Shown here: positions 13,844 to 24,400 of the stretch, one piece after another
How the letters are laid out: each line of letters opens with the position of its first letter
How positions within the stretch are numbered: position 1 is the stretch's first letter
From: Anthoceros angustus
Lineage: Eukaryota > Plantae > Anthocerotophyta
Direction of reading: 5' to 3'
Length of the DNA stretch: 64,000 nucleotides
NCBI GenBank assembly: GCA_010909165.1
Contig: VJWM01000025.1
Coordinates: forward strand, 3,038,001-3,102,000
Made by a program: the position numbers and the translations under genes
Notes under the pieces: model-generated
What the model was told of the DNA's origin: nothing
Databases searched by the model: none
Seen by the model: the letters and a program-made list of their open reading frames with translations, nothing else

Positions 13844-15775
13844 ATGCTCAGATCGATGGTCATCCCGTTGAAGCTGCTCCAGGTGGTGCCAGACGAGATC
13901 GTCTCTACTGGCAATCATTTCCGTGTGCACGGATCGTCCCAGGAATCTCAGGTATGCCAGGTTTTGCAAGGCTGCTTCGCTGACCATGGTTTCAAAATCC
14001 TGGATGAAGGGAGCAAGCTGCGGTGCTGGTTTATGCAGAGGCCAGAAAACCCACGCAGGATCACTTCCAACGTGAAGACCAATCTGAACATTCTGAAGTA
14101 CTTCAAAGTGAGTAGGCCCTGCAAGCACATTGGGGGTGATTGGATGCCGTGCTTGTGGTGATTGGATGCCGTGCTTGTGGTGACCTGGTGTCATGTCTGT
14201 GTTACGTGTTACAGCAATTACAGAAGGGATCCTCCGGACCAAAGGCTGCTACAAGTTACAGAAAGAAAAGGCCGGAGAAGACTCCTCTGCCTGATCATGT
14301 TGATGGCTATGAAGACCCAACAACGCGACTATACCAGTAGGAGACCTAGAGGAGCTGTCTGGGATTTATCCAACAAAAAAGAAGCAATTTTCCTTTCCAA
14401 CTGAATGCCGACCAGCATCCATTGTCTCTACATGCCGATCCTTATGCCCAGTTGTTTGGACAGTACGATGGATGGTATTGTGCTGGAAACACCTGTGCTT
14501 TTGGTGGATGGATACAACATGTGCGGGTTTTGGCCGAAATTGAAGAAGTATTTTGATCGTGGGAGGCTAGAACATGCACGACAAAAGTTGAGTGAGGAGC
14601 TTGTCAGCTTCAGTGCATTGCGGGGTAGGTTCGTGAAGCTGACAAACTGCCTGTTGGTAATGTCGTTTTGAGGTGATGGCAGCTTAGTTGTACCTATGAG
14701 CTGCATACTTTCTTCGTTGGCACATACTAATGGCCCTCAGCTGCCCGCATGTCTCATTGCACTCAGGAGTCAAAGTGGTAGTGGTTTTCGATGCCATGCT
14801 GTCTGGGCAGGGGGATCACAAGGAGAAATTTGGCTGGTAAGATCAAGCTGTTCCCTTCAGTTGGCCGTAAAAGTAGCGATCTGGGTAAAATGTCCTTGGG
14901 CTGACATGCTTGAACGACTTCATGTGCTGCTGGGCATGTTGCAGTATCGATGTTATTTTCGCGGCAACTACCTGTGCAGATGCGTGGATCGAAAAGGAGG
15001 CAAGCCTTCAAACACTCTCCTCATCGTTTACTCCCACTTCTAGTTCATTGCATGTAGCAATTTCATACATCAGACCTCTGATTTTTCAGCACAAATTGAA
15101 GAGGTGCAAATCTGTGGGGAAGTGCATGTTCTGATATCCACAATTTAGATTGCCAACAGGTGGCAGCTTTGGTGGCAGATGGATGCCCGAAGGTGTGGGT
15201 CACTACTTCTGACCGCGTTCAGCAACAAGCTGCTAACGGATGTGTAAGTGTTCCTAGAATTCGGAGGGCTGGTCCAAGTTAGCTTTCTTGCTGTAATTGA
15301 CAACCGAAACATCATGAGCTGAACCGAAACATCGTGAGTTCAACTCTGTTGCCAACAAACAAAGAGCCTGTTTCTGTGCTGTTTTGCAGGGTGCATTTGT
15401 GTGGACTTGCAGAAACCTGATTTCTGAGGTCCAATCTCTTCTTCTTTGTCGTTGCTATTTCTTTGTTGAGTCACGAGAACATGACAGTAGCACATCTCTT
15501 CCTCTCTCACACACGTCTTCCTCTCTGAATCAGATCAATGACGCGAAAAAGGAATTGAAGGAGCTGATGCGGGACGAGAAGTGCGTTATACTCAAGGACT
15601 GTTCATTCCAGCCCTTTCTTTGCTCACAGTCACCTCACACTTAACTCTCCGCTGTCGCAGTGTATACTCAACGAAGGGCAAGCTACTAGAACACAACCTG
15701 GAGGGGGACGTGGTTTTGGCCCTCCAAGCCTTGAAGCAGCAATTGAGAAGTATCGAGAACGGTCTTGCAACCTAA
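13844..15775 (+). CDS. YacP/Rae1-like NYN-domain endoribonuclease, probably organelle-targeted; start codon uncertain
   Basis: Exons encode RRITSNVKTNL, VLLVDGYNMCGFWPKLKK, VVVVFDAM, TCADAWIEKE, VWVTTSDR, GAFVWTCRNL and KLLEHNL; these are NYN_YacP acidic motifs. Confidence 0.85.
14138..14183. repeat. 22-bp perfect tandem duplication in an intron
   Basis: gattggatgccgtgcttgtggt occurs twice. Confidence 0.85.
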
Positions 15776-16403
15776 GGTAAGCCTCTAAGCAACACCATCT
15801 CCTCTTCCTGTGCTTTGTCCAGTAGCCCCACGTCCTGCCATGGTTCTACTTCCGATGCAGAGGGTGCGACTTCGTTAGGTGTCGCTGCCGCACGAGGGAG
15901 TCCATGAAGGCTGCTGCTCCATGCGTCCCTGCCTTGGCCCATCGGACTGTAAAGCTCAAGGAGACGACGTGACGGTATGTGCAGCCTTTCATCGAACCGC
16001 GTCTGACAGTTGAATCCCACAAAGCAACACACTCACACCTGTCCCGGCCCTCCAGGTTCCCCAAGCACTCACCTTCAGCCGTGCACTGCACATTCCTCGA
16101 GCAAGAACATCAAGGTTTTGTATGTTCCTCAAATCTGACGACATCTGGCATCCTGGAGCTTTCCAGGAATTCACAGCTTTCTATGTTGTGGCTCGCAGAC
16201 TTGCCCTCTCCACTGGTGGAAAGAGTTTCAAGCCAGAAGAATCCTAGAAGACTCTGTTTGCATTAAATGGCAACTATGTCTACTTTGCAGAATGCCTCAA
16301 AATCAGTGGACATCCGCGTGAGTCGAAAATTGTGCGTATGCTTTCTCGCTCAGGCTGAATTCGCAGCCTGAGCAAGCACATTCTCGGCAGAGTAAAGAGA
16401 GCC

Positions 16404-17090
16404 TCACTTTTGCTTGCCCTTCTTGCCCTGATTCTTCTTGACGACCTTGTAGTACACCATGCGCACGATCTTGTAGAACCAGAAAATGCTGACGGCCTGA
16501 ATCCCTACCGCGCCAACCTTGACGGGGACGGGACTGCTTCCCTGCAGCGTGAGCAGGCACACGTAGGGGCCGACCACCATTCGGGCAAACGTGAAGAGCA
16601 GGACGAAGAGCAGGTCGTTGGCGAGGTTGAGCGGGGCATCCCGCAACCCGAGCTCCTTGAGCATCTCCCGCAGGTGCATGCAAGGGTTGGAGAGCTCCAT
16701 GAGCCAGAGGCAGGCCAGGAGCTCGGTCCCGCACGCCCGCAGCTGGAAGCCGTAGGCCAGGCCCAGGATGGTGAGCAGGTGGTGCGCCGCGGTCACCAGG
16801 TCCACCGGCGACTCCACGAAGCAGCAGCCCAGGTCGTAGATGAAGTAGGCCAGGCTGACGGTGATGGCGTGCATCTGCGCCGGCGAGGCCTCCCCCGCTA
16901 TCCCTTGCAGCGGATCCCGCCAGTCCACCACCGACAGCATCGACAGCGCCAGCGCCACCAGCGCGTGCACGAAGGAGACGCATCTGTTGCAGAAGTCATG
17001 GCTGCGCTTCGGCTGCGCCACCCGCACCGCCGCAAACAGAGCAGTCCATGCCCCGACTCCCGCGCACAGCAGGACCACGCTGCCCGCCAT
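16404..17090 (-). CDS. TLC (TRAM/LAG1/CLN8) domain membrane protein, TLCD5/TMEM136-like, intronless
   Basis: Multi-pass hydrophobic ORF with HDFCNRCVSFVHA, YFIYDL, HHLLTILGL, MELSNPCMHLREMLKELG, FTFARMVVGP and a basic C-terminus; likely start MAGSVV at 17090 (ORF track start 17138). Confidence 0.88.
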   Translation of the reverse strand: MAGSVVLLCAGVGAWTALFAAVRVAQPKRSHDFCNRCVSFVHALVALALSMLSVVDWRDPLQGIAGEASPAQMHAITVSLAYFIYDLGCCFVESPVDLVTAAHHLLTILGLAYGFQLRACGTELLACLWLMELSNPCMHLREMLKELGLRDAPLNLANDLLFVLLFTFARMVVGPYVCLLTLQGSSPVPVKVGAVGIQAVSIFWFYKIVRMVYYKVVKKNQGKKGKQK

Positions 17091-17413
17091 CGCCACACAC
17101 CTCGCCTCGCAGCCTCGTCGCCTCGTCAAGGCTCCCACCTGCTGCCACTCAGTGACGGCAAATATTCCTCTTTCCGTTTCACACCGGTGTGTCAGTAAAT
17201 AGGAATAGAAGATACTTCCCCTCGATGCCTGTTTATATCGCTCCCCGACATAAATGTCTTTTTAGGGGATTTGTAGTGGAGGAGTGAAGGGCCTTCTGCA
17301 ATTGAAGCTGCAGCTGGGTGGATAGGTGAATTTTGCCATTGGGCGTCTCCGGCTCGGTGGTCGGAATGAAAGGCGGCTTGCCGTTGGGCTTTCTTTGACA
17401 ATGCGGATAGAAT

Positions 17414-17502
17414 GCTTGCTTTTGGGCTTTCTTTGACGCTTGCTTTTGGCTTTCTTTGACGCTTGCTTTTGGCTTTCTTTGACGCTTGCTTTTGGGCTTT
17501 CT
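17414..17502. repeat. 23/24-bp minisatellite, ~3.7 copies
   Basis: Unit gcttgcttttg(g)gctttctttgac repeated. Confidence 0.85.
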
Positions 17503-18229
17503 TCCACTAGCTATGCGTAGTTCTCGGAAAGAAGCTTTGCTCTTGGCCCTTCGGAATTACAAATGGGCTTTTGTACCAAACACGAAAGAGAAGACCCACT
17601 AGATTTTTAATTGACTGCAACATGCAATTACAAGAATATAGTATTTGCTCATAAAATCCCATCGATCTATTATTTTTATGCATATGCATAAAAGTTGTAG
17701 ACATCAAGCTTTTATTTAAAGTTCAGCTAGTTCGCCCGAGTGGTCTAAGGGGAAGACAAGTGGCTCCAGGAGCTGGCACCCTGTTTCTAGGAAGATATGG
17801 GAGACGAGTTCGCACGAAGTGCCACCTCCTGTATGGTCTGATGTGGTGGATGAATCTGATTCAGAAACGCAATGGGTGTGGCCATGGAAATGCATGCAGA
17901 ACGAATCCGACTTTGCCATCCTTTCTTCAAAGCACAGGTAAAAGTGCTGCACGAGTGTACAGCAGGAGACTCCAGGCAACCCTGGAACAAGCTGTACAGC
18001 AGAAGACTCCAGGTAGCCCTGGAACAAGGTGAGGCTGCTGCTGGTATGGAAAGAGAGAGCTTGTTGCAACAATTCCAGGCGGGGATGCGGAACGCTGAGG
18101 ATTCTGAACGAACTCCGAAGTCTGCAGTGGCAAGGCATGAAATTTAAGCACAGGAGTCGACAAGCTTCTCATGACAACCACAAGATCCGACAGGCTTCTC
18201 ATGAGCAGCACGAGATCGGACACGCTGAG

Positions 18230-18693
18230 AATTACAAGATTCAGGATAAGCAATAAATGAGGTTCTCGACATCGAAATTCTGTCAACGACCCTTAAGGCT
18301 TCGTCCCACAAAAACTGGTCCACCACGGAGTCCACGCTGTTGATGTCCAGGCCCACATGTGGGATGGCGGGATTCCAGGACTCGTAGGCCCGGGACCTGA
18401 CGATCTCGAACAGACCGAGGCTCTCGGATCCGCTGGCGCCAACGTCCTGGTCGGGCGTGATGGCGAATGCCCAGCCCCCGCCGAAGAGCCGCTTCACGCT
18501 CCGCTCGCTGTCGCCGTCCAAGGAGGCCGCGTACTGGCCATGGCTCGTCTTCTCGTACAGCTACCTGCACCTTCTTGTTGTAAGCGTAGTGCGCCGAGGC
18601 CAGGTCGCTGTCGTAAGAAGAAGACGATCTGGCCGGGCGGGTCGGACGGCGTGCAGATGCATATGGCTGTCGCGGGCGAATCGATGGAGCCAT
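18230..18693 (-). pseudogene. Degenerate legume (L-type) lectin domain
   Basis: Two frames joined at 18561-18564 give HYAYNKKVQ/LYEKTSHGQYAASL...GGGWAFAITPD...SESLGLF...SWNPAIPHVGLDINSVDS. This resembles the lectin GRA.Y..P..LWD...ASF, G.AF...P, LGLF and HVGIDINS motifs; the AVEFDT motif is missing. Confidence 0.6.
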
Positions 18694-18731
18694 GGTAGCT
18701 ATGGCGGGTAGGAGAGGCTGGGCTCACTCCC

Positions 18732-19085
18732 TTGGGCCGATGCGCGTCCTGCGCTCCAAGCCTGGTGGCTGCCGGCGCCGCTGGCGCTGGGAAGCTGCTG
18801 CTCGCCAGAACGCAGCGCCAGCAGGTCACGTCTCTCGATCATCTGCCGCAGGAGCTATGGAGTCTGATATTCCGTCGCATCCCGCATGTCAGCTGCCTCC
18901 AACTCCTCCAATGCCTGTGTGTTTCTCACAAGTGGTACCGGTTTCTGATGGAGCTGGAGGACGAGCTGGAAGAGGCCAGTCAGCCACGCGCCTCACAGGT
19001 CTTGTTCCCAAGACGACAGAGGAGCTCCCTTCCCCGGAGAGGAAGAGACGATCCTGCATCCAACAGTGTTTGCCTCCCGCAATAG
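18732..19085 (+). CDS. Short F-box-only protein (117 aa) or truncated F-box gene
   Basis: SLDHLPQELWSLIFRRIP...LQCLCVSHKWYRFL fits the F-box consensus; no C-terminal domain before the stop. Confidence 0.6.
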   Translation: MGRCASCAPSLVAAGAAGAGKLLLARTQRQQVTSLDHLPQELWSLIFRRIPHVSCLQLLQCLCVSHKWYRFLMELEDELEEASQPRASQVLFPRRQRSSLPRRGRDDPASNSVCLPQ

Positions 19086-19185
19086 AAGAATAGATAACTG
19101 TTCATGTGCCGAGATCTCATTGTTTGTGAGAAGACTTGTGACAAACGCGGCCTCGTGTTTGCATACATGTGTAGTCCTGATATGG

Positions 19186-21033
19186 TTATTGTGGGCAGGC
19201 AACGTTGAGCAGGATGTGAGCAAGCATTACATCGACAAAGTACTGATGGCCCATTTGTCCAAACCAGAATTCCAGAGCAGGAGGCCTGCCATAGTGTCCT
19301 CCATCGCTGCAGTTGTTGTCCAAGTGCCAAGGGAACGTCAGGTCATAGGCGTCCACCACTTGGAATGGGATGTCGGTGGCAAGAAACCTGTCCACCAGAA
19401 CTTTGTTGAAGACTTCCATTTTGTGTGGGTTGGCGGGCATGTGACGCGACTCCCCGGCCGGAGCCACAGTGGTTCGCAGCACAACCCTGGGCCTCACCTT
19501 GCTGTGCTCTCCAGCTTTGTCCCATACATCAGCCCAGAAACTGGCTGCGAATTCCGCTGCTTTCACGTACTCTGTCAGATTGCTCCACTTCTTACCGTCA
19601 TGCAGGCCTGAGTTAAGCACCATGAGGCTGGGAACTTGGCTGTTGGTGAAGTAGGACCGGAGGAAGTCGCGGTATGGCCCATGGGACAGGGATGCCAGGC
19701 CCAGGTTGTTCCCGGACTCTTCATAGTGGCCTCCGAAGATGCTTGTGATGCGCAGGCTCTGGGACATGTCGGCGGGATTCTGGAATGTGGCATCAAATGT
19801 TCTGCTCGGCGTACCCACGCCCAAGCCCAGTACCAAGTTGAGCAGGTTGCGGATGGTGTCCTGATGATTAGAGTCGCCCCAGAAGAAAATCCATTTCAAG
19901 GAGCTCGCACACTTCCACGCCGCTGCAGGATCGAAGATACGGAATTTGCAGTGAGCAGAGTAGATCCACCCGTTGCTCTCAATCCTGCCGGCGGCTCCAT
20001 CGCACCAGGATGCATCACAGGGCGTGCTGGGATCCAGGCATCGAAACCTCCCGTCTGCTTCAGGCTGCCGGTTGCAGGACGCATTGAAGAAAGTGCGAGT
20101 CCACTGCCCCGTCCATTCCCTCAACATGTAATCCGTGCCCCTGCAGAGTTGCAGTACCAGGTCATCGTTCCCATCCCTGCTCAAACCCTCGGGAACCTGC
20201 CTCCGGGACGCTGCCACAAACTCGACATCGAACCCTAACACTTCCGCGTCTTGAATCCACGAGTCCGGGACAAGATCGAGACCGTGGAGATTCCCGAACA
20301 GCAACACTGCGCTGAACCTCAAGATACCAGTCACTCTTCCCGGCACCTCCAGCCTAATCAGGTACGATCCATCACCGAGATCCACCACAGGAGGCCGAGA
20401 CCTCCATGCCACACCTGATGACAGCCAAGCCATACACGCAGAATGAGCTCCACGCTGACACCATCTCCCACACAAAGAGACTGAATTCATCAAACAAGGG
20501 AAGTCTTTCTGTCACTCACCTGTCAGCGCAGTCTCGTAGAAGTCGCCACCAGCACACCGCCGTGTGCCGTTCTCAGTGTAGGAAACAATGAGCAGCTCAT
20601 GCGGCACTCCAGCCTCCAGCAGCAGGGGCCTCCCATCCTGCAGCTTGGGCCTCCCGACAAGCGCCACGCTGCTGGTACTCTCCTCATCGCACTTATCTGT
20701 CCCATTCTTCTCCGCTTGCCGGATGAGCCATTGCACAGCCTGCCCGGCGTCCATAGCCGGCTCACGTGACCGCCTCAGCTGCCCCGCTCGTGAGTTTTCC
20801 TGGGGAGCCAGGCCGGCGGCCAGCAGCAGCCCTTCCAGAGAAGTGCATGACTGCAGCACAACCAGGGTGCTGGAGAGAAGCAAGACGGTGGCCAACAGCA
20901 TGGCTCCGCGGTAGGATGCCATGCTCCATTTCTGCGGCTCGGATGCCGCCTCCGAGTCTCCTCCTCTTCTGAGATAGCTGTTCTGCTTCACCACCTTGAT
21001 CCAGCTCCGTGCTCCTGCCATGTCCACGGCCAT
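19186..21033 (-). CDS. NXPE/PC-esterase (SGNH acyl-esterase)-like type II membrane protein, 2 exons (21033-20520, 20414-19186)
   Basis: N-terminal TM (AMLLATVLLLSSTLVVL); GGDFYETALTG...VVDLGDGSY Ig-like motif; WGDSNH, NSGLHDG and catalytic-type DGGH motifs; G|GTGAG...CAG intron keeps frame. Confidence 0.82.
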
Positions 21034-21284
21034 AGCCGGCCGTCACATAATCCCAGCATTTCATCAAAACCGCCATCGCCATCCTTCTTGCCGAAGCCGA
21101 TGTTCCAAGAACGTCATGCATTCCGGCTGGCCTTATCTGAAAAACAAAACAAAACCAGGTTTCGAATCGAATCGAAGTATTTTCGTTCCCGCGTAAAGGG
21201 TTTGGACAGCGCTTACTGTGCGAAGTGCAACACCGGAAGGTCATCCGGCAGAGCTATGCGAATGTGAGACAAGCTTTAGCGACG

Positions 21285-21449
21285 ATGCAGGCTACCAGGC
21301 TTGCCACGCGGTTGCAGCGGGAGATTGCAATGTTGATGACAGATCCCCCGCCCGGGGTCTGTGCTTGGCCTTGTGGCGACCTGCTGCTTTGCAGAGGGAC
21401 GGATGTCAAGAGGCTTTGGGGGAAGTTGTATTGCAACGCCTGCACTTGA
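21285..21449 (+). pseudogene. N-terminal fragment of a UBC37/UBE2T-like ubiquitin-conjugating enzyme; catalytic HPN...C core not found downstream
   Basis: MQATRLATRLQREIAMLMTDPPPGVCAWP matches E2 helix 1 (RL.RE...L..EPPPG...W). Confidence 0.55.
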
Positions 21450-24400
21450 ATTCTCGTTGGGGCCGGCTGCATGACCTGGGCAGCGGGCAGGCGAACGACA
21501 CCTCTACATGCACGCAGATCCCTTGTTAACAGATTCCAGCAATGGTCATTTAGCAGGAGCCATTGATAGAAATAGTGAATTCTACAGGCAGCAGTGTACA
21601 CTGGGTCCTCTCCCTAACCTGCCGGTTACACTCTCAAGACAGAGAGCAAGTCCTCTTCCTTACAGGTTACACTCTTGAGACCGAGAACAAACGATGATTA
21701 TTGTAGGTTGTTATCCTGCGCTACCTGTTTTTATCGTTCAGCTTGTTGCTGTGGCAGCAATTGTTTTCCTGGTGGCACAACACGTTCTGTTCGGTCTTGC
21801 TTTCTTTGTAATCAGGTCACCATGCGTTTGCCAATTGCCAGTGGTAGATACTGAGATTCGAGTGTGTGATCACCTTTGTAGGGTCTCATTTTAACGGGAA
21901 CCATCGATGGTGAAGGAGGCTCCACAGGCAGCGGATGCAAGGTCCCCTCCTCCTTAGGTTGTTACACTCTCAGAAAAAGGCAGAGCACACGATTATTGTA
22001 CGTTACAATCCTGCGCTACCTGTATTTCGTGCTCCTTAATTTCCTACAGGCACAACACGTCCTCTTCGCTCTTGCTTTCTTGTCCAGTCATCAGAGGTAG
22101 AGACTGAGACCCTAGTTTCATCACGTGCGCAAGGCTTCCTTTTAGTTTGTGTCTATCCACCAGTAGAGGCATCCAAATTTGATTTGGACACAGATAATAA
22201 GCATAAGACGGGTAATGGAAAACGTCAAAGGACATCTCAAGTTCAGTCGCAGCCGGTCTTCACCCCTGAGGAATTGCAAAGACGTGGCCTCTGTCCAATA
22301 TTGCAAGAACGTGTTTTAAAGTTACAAAGTTTTATTTTTATGTAGAGAAGAAGGTAGCTCTTTATTGATATTTTTCACATAGATTGTCCTCCCCTAGATA
22401 ATATTAACGACTATAATAATGAGATGAAAAATGAGGCATCCAACACCACACTGATAGAGAGTTTTATCTATCTTCTCCTTCTCTTCTTCAGTTGTAGGAC
22501 TGATCTCCTTTAAGAGCTTCTCATTAAGCACCATTGGTGTCTTCACAGGCTTGCACTCTTGCATTCCAAAGCGCTTTAGGACATTCTCAACATATGTCCT
22601 TTGGCTCAAAGAGATCTTCTTGTTAGTCCTGTCTCTTATTACTTTTATCCCTAGATAGTAATGAAGTTCACCTAGATCCCGCATATCAAAACTATCATTG
22701 AGACTCTTCTTCGTACTGTCTAAGAGTTCCAAATCATTGCAAACAAGAATTAAATCATCCACATAGACAGCAATGATCATCATGGACTCTCCTACTCTCT
22801 TCACATAGATATTCCAATCTCCATTGGTTTTTTTGAAACCTCTAACTTGGAAGAACATGTCAATCTTAACATACCAGGCAAGTGCAGATTGCTTAAGACC
22901 ATAGAGTGTCTTTAGCAATTTACATACCCTTCTTCCAAATCTCCATTGAGAAACGCAGTTTGGACATTCATGTGATGTATCTCCAGATCCATGGTAGCTG
23001 CTATTGCTAAGAGTATACGAATGGATGTTATCTTAGCAACAGAGGAGAAAGTGTCGGTGTAGTCAATACCTGGCACTTGTGTACATCCCTTTCCCACCAG
23101 CCTTGCTTTGTATCGCTCTATGCTCCCATCAGCGTTGTGCTTGATCTTGAACACCCATTTGGATCCTATGCACTTCCTTCCTTGGGGTAGAGGAGTGATT
23201 TCCCAAGTCTTGTTCTTGATAAGTGAGTTATACTCACTATCCAGGGTTTCTTTCCACTCCTTCGCCTTTGGCCCATCCAAGGCTTCCTTCAAGCTTTGCG
23301 TCTCATCAGCATCTGCCAACATAGCCTCTTCGCATTTGCATGCATTCATGGACTCCAAAATTTTCAAGGTTTCCATCGCCTTGATGATCTCCCGATCCGG
23401 GTCGGCTCCTCTTGGATTCTTCGATCTCGCTCCTCTTCATCATCCTCGATATCCGGGCTTCTCCACCTTCTATATCACCTTGTGGTAGAGGTTGCTCATG
23501 CTCGTGAACAGTTGAGCATGCTCAAGAGTAGGTTGCTCAAGTACCAAGTCTTGTGCTTCTTCACGCTCCCTCACCTCCTTGATAACAACTTGCGTTGCTC
23601 CCACTCCTTTGTTAGGTTCCACAACCTCATGAAAACAACATCCCTAGAAAGTAATGAAGTTCACCTAGATCCCTCATATCAAAACTATCATTAAGACTCT
23701 TCTTACTCTCTAAGAGCTCCAAATCATTGCAAACAAGGATTAGATCATCCACATAGACAATGATCATCATGGACTCTCCTACTCTCTTCACATAGATGTT
23801 CCAATCTCCATTGGTTTTCTTGAAACCTCTAGCTTGGAAGAACTTGTCAATCTTAACATACCGTAAGTGCAGTTGCTTAAGACCATAGAGTGCCTTTAGC
23901 AATTTACATACCCTTCTTCCAATCTCCATTGAGAAAGCCTTGGTTTGGACATCCATGTGATGTATCTCCGGATCCATGGTAGCTATTGCTAAGAGTATAC
24001 GAATGGATGTTATCTTAGCAACAGGGAGAAAGTGTCGGTGTAGTCAATACACTTGTGTATATCCCTTCCCACCAGCCTTGCTTTGTATCGCTCTATGCTC
24101 CCATCGGTTGTGCTTGATCTTGAACACCCATTTGGATCCTATGCACTTCCTTCCTTGGGGTAGAGGATTTCCCAAGTCTTGTTCTTGATAAGTGAGTTAT
24201 ACTCACTATCCGAGCTTCTTTCCACTCCTTCGCCTTTGGCCCTTCCAAGGCTTCCTTCAAGCTTTGCTCATCAAGATCGCCAACATAGCCTCTTCGTACT
24301 TGCATGCATTCATGGACTCCAAAATTTTCTGCGAAGGTTTCCATCGCCTTGATGATCTCCTGATCTGGGTCGGCGGCTCCTCTTGGATTCTTGATCTCGC

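Noticed and set aside
695-15775. Apparent cluster of plastid-targeted genes (FBN1, USP-like, TAL, YacP)
   Set aside because: No shared pathway, and interspersed with SEC23 and an RLP; plausible by chance.
16410-17198. 262-aa antisense ORF over the TLC gene
   Set aside because: Mirror ORF expected from high GC3 on the coding strand; no recognisable motifs.
17760-18256. WVWPWK motif suggesting an XS domain
   Set aside because: Only a few residues match, the frames are interrupted, and no other XS/XH features are present.
22382-22395. Purine tract (minus strand aggggagga) as a copia PPT
   Set aside because: It is not followed by a copy of the 29689-29959 LTR, and RNase H is absent.
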